Source of the DNA: Candidatus Dormiibacterota bacterium
GTDB lineage: Bacteria; Chloroflexota; Dormibacteria; Aeolococcales; Aeolococcaceae
Direction: 5' to 3'
NCBI GenBank assembly: GCA_963718525.1
Contig: OY970355.1
Location: 1,728,001 to 1,792,000, forward strand
Length of the DNA: 64,000 bases
Shown here: positions 62,109-64,000 of the stretch, piece after piece
How the letters are laid out: each line of letters opens with the position of its first letter
Position numbering within the stretch: the stretch's first letter is position 1
The notes under the pieces: generated by a model
Databases searched by the model: none
Told to the model about the DNA's origin: nothing
Seen by the model: the letters and a program-made list of their open reading frames with translations, nothing else
Program-made: the position numbers and the translations under genes

Positions 62109-64000
62109 GCGACCGCGGGTAGCCCGGAACCCCAGCCACAGCTGATCGGCGCCCCGCCAAGAAAGCGTCGGCGAAAGCGCAGTCGCTGGCCGATCCCACG
62201 CAGGTGGACCGTCGGAGGTGGCCTCGGCATCCTCATGGCGCTCATCGCCCTAGCCGTCGTAGCTGTCGTTAGGTATCTTCCCGCCTACCAGGCGCTTCAG
62301 CAGGGCCGCACCGAGGTGCTAGGGGCCGAGGCGATGCTTCGCAGCGCAGGGCTCGATCCCACAACCGCCCAACTCACCGCGGCCACAGCGATGCTGAACG
62401 ACGCGAAGCAAGACTTCGGCTCCCGCTCGTCCGTGATCGACAACGGATGGATCGCCGGAGCACTCGCCGGCCTTCCGGGAGTCGATCGCCAAGTGGCCGC
62501 CGCGCGCTCCTTGCGGCACGCCGGGGAGGACGGCACGAACCTCGCCCTCGACCTCATCCCGTTGCTCCGTAACCTCCACAGCGGTTCGGCAGCCGGCGGC
62601 GCGGGAGTGATCAAGGAGCTGGCATCACTCGGCGACGTCGAGAGGGCCGCCATCAATCGGGCGCTCGCGGATCTTGGTTCGATGGACGCCGCGGTGAGGT
62701 CGATCCCGACGGGTCCGCTGCTGGGGCCCATCGCACATGCGCGGACCGACGCCCAGCAGGCCGAGCAACGCCTCGATGGCCCGGTGCGAGCCGGTCTCAC
62801 CATCCTGGAGAGGCTGCCCAACGTCGTGGGAACCGGAACGCATCGCTATCTGATCCTTCTGACGAACCCCGGCGAGGAGCGGGGTGGGGGAGGCTTTATC
62901 GGCGCTGTGGGAGTGGTTGTCTTCCAGGACGGTCAGCTCGTCAGTTCGAACTTCATGCCTTCGAGCTTTTCCGACAAGGTGGTGACCAACATCCCGGCGC
63001 CGGCACCCATCAGGGAAATCACGGGCACCAACCTCGTTCTCGCGGATTCCGACTGGTCACCCAACTTTCCAACCTCAGCGGCCCTCGCTTCCAAGTTCTA
63101 CACTCGCGCCACCGGGCTGCCGATCGATGGCGTGATCAATGTCGATCCTGTCGCGCTCTCCTACGTGCTCCAGGTGGTTGGCAGTGTCCAGGTGCCCCCG
63201 TATCCGCAGGTCGTCAGTGCGAGCAACGCCCTCCTCGAACTCAACTACATCATCAACGCGGCGCGCCCGGGGGATCCTGGCAAGGTGTACCTCGCGCCCT
63301 TCGGACATGCGGTCGTCGATGCAGCACTCAAGACGCCGCGGAGTCAATGGCTGTCGCTGGCGATAGCATTGGAGCTCGGCGCTGCCGAGAAGCACATCGT
63401 GGTCAATTTCGTCAATGCGCAGTTGGAGCAACTCGTTGTCAGCGCTGGGATTGGCGGCGTGCTGCCCCAAAAACCAAGTGGCGATGCCGTGCTCGTTGTC
63501 GACTCCAATCTATCGGGAACCAAGGGCGACCTCTTTGTCACACGCCACTACGATCTCCATGCAACGGTGAATTCGCAGGGACATGTGCAGGATCGACTGA
63601 CCCTCACCTACCACGATCCTCTCGAGACAGCGCCGGCGAATGCCGCGCTACAGCTCAACTCGGGTGGACTCTATGAGGACTACATCAGGGTGTATCTCCC
63701 ACCGTCGGCGAACTTTGATGACCTGCTGGTCAGCCAGAATGGAGGACCCGCGATTTCAGAGAGTCCGGAGGACTTCGGCGTCGAGAACAACCGCCAGTGG
63801 GTGGCCTATCGCCTCATTGTCGACGTCAACGCGACGATTTCCGTGGCGTTTCTGTATGACGGTTCCTTTGCACACGTGGCATCCAATGGATCGGTTAGTT
63901 ACCAGCTCGCATGGGAAAAGCAAATCAACGCGCTCACATGGCCGGTCAGTGTCGACATACAACTCCCCGGCGGTCACAACTACGCGCTTCAAAGCGATCT
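62105..64000 (+). CDS. DUF4012 domain protein, partial (runs off window end); probable 1-nt frameshift right after the GTG start
   Basis: Open frame from 62109 with basic stretch, TM, YLILLTNPGEERGGGGFIG, DSDWSPNFPTSA, IDGVINVDP and SNLSGTKGD. GTG 62105 joins this frame if one G of GGG (62117-62119) is removed. Confidence 0.78.

Noticed and set aside
62106-62140. Selenocysteine or TGA readthrough fusing the surface protein to DUF4012
   Set aside because: No convincing SECIS-like hairpin, and the position is not catalytic; a one-base indel after the overlapping GTG explains it more simply.

Overview
High-GC bacterial chromosome segment, mostly housekeeping genes, with no phage, IS transposase, CRISPR array or rRNA. 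Gene content and signals (rny, clpC, DegV, plsY, rpsU, panG-panBC, clpS-DUF2017, UPF0182, a Gram-positive-type GAAC-N4-GTTY LexA box, widespread leaderless -10 promoters) suggest a Terrabacteria monoderm, possibly Dormibacterota/Chloroflexota-like; this placement is inference only. Core blocks are mtaB-rsmE, rny-LysR, a UvrD-nuclease divergent from Sir2, rpsU-ybeY-pth-mfd-mazG-ftsB-two tRNA-Met-tilS-ftsH, panG-panB-panC-(internally deleted panD)-nadB-nadC, clpS, rpsA, clpC, uvrA, UPF0182, pyrG, glpX, a GntR-ABC operon, plsY-degV and a partial DUF4012 gene. The most unusual signal is two intergenic long inverted-repeat elements (4841-4963 and 28026-28103). Each is followed on its 3' side by a few hundred bases of coding sequence almost stripped of C- and A-ending codons, a decaying G+T skew that resembles localized single-strand deamination. 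Other points of interest: a mini-PanD behind a pan-motif-like leader; two distant paralogs of an unrecognised ExxH helical protein family, one behind a LysR box; a KH-degenerate RNase Y; several apparently catalytically dead enzymes (HtrA, MBL-fold, GlpX, PAP2); and several frameshifted or deleted genes.
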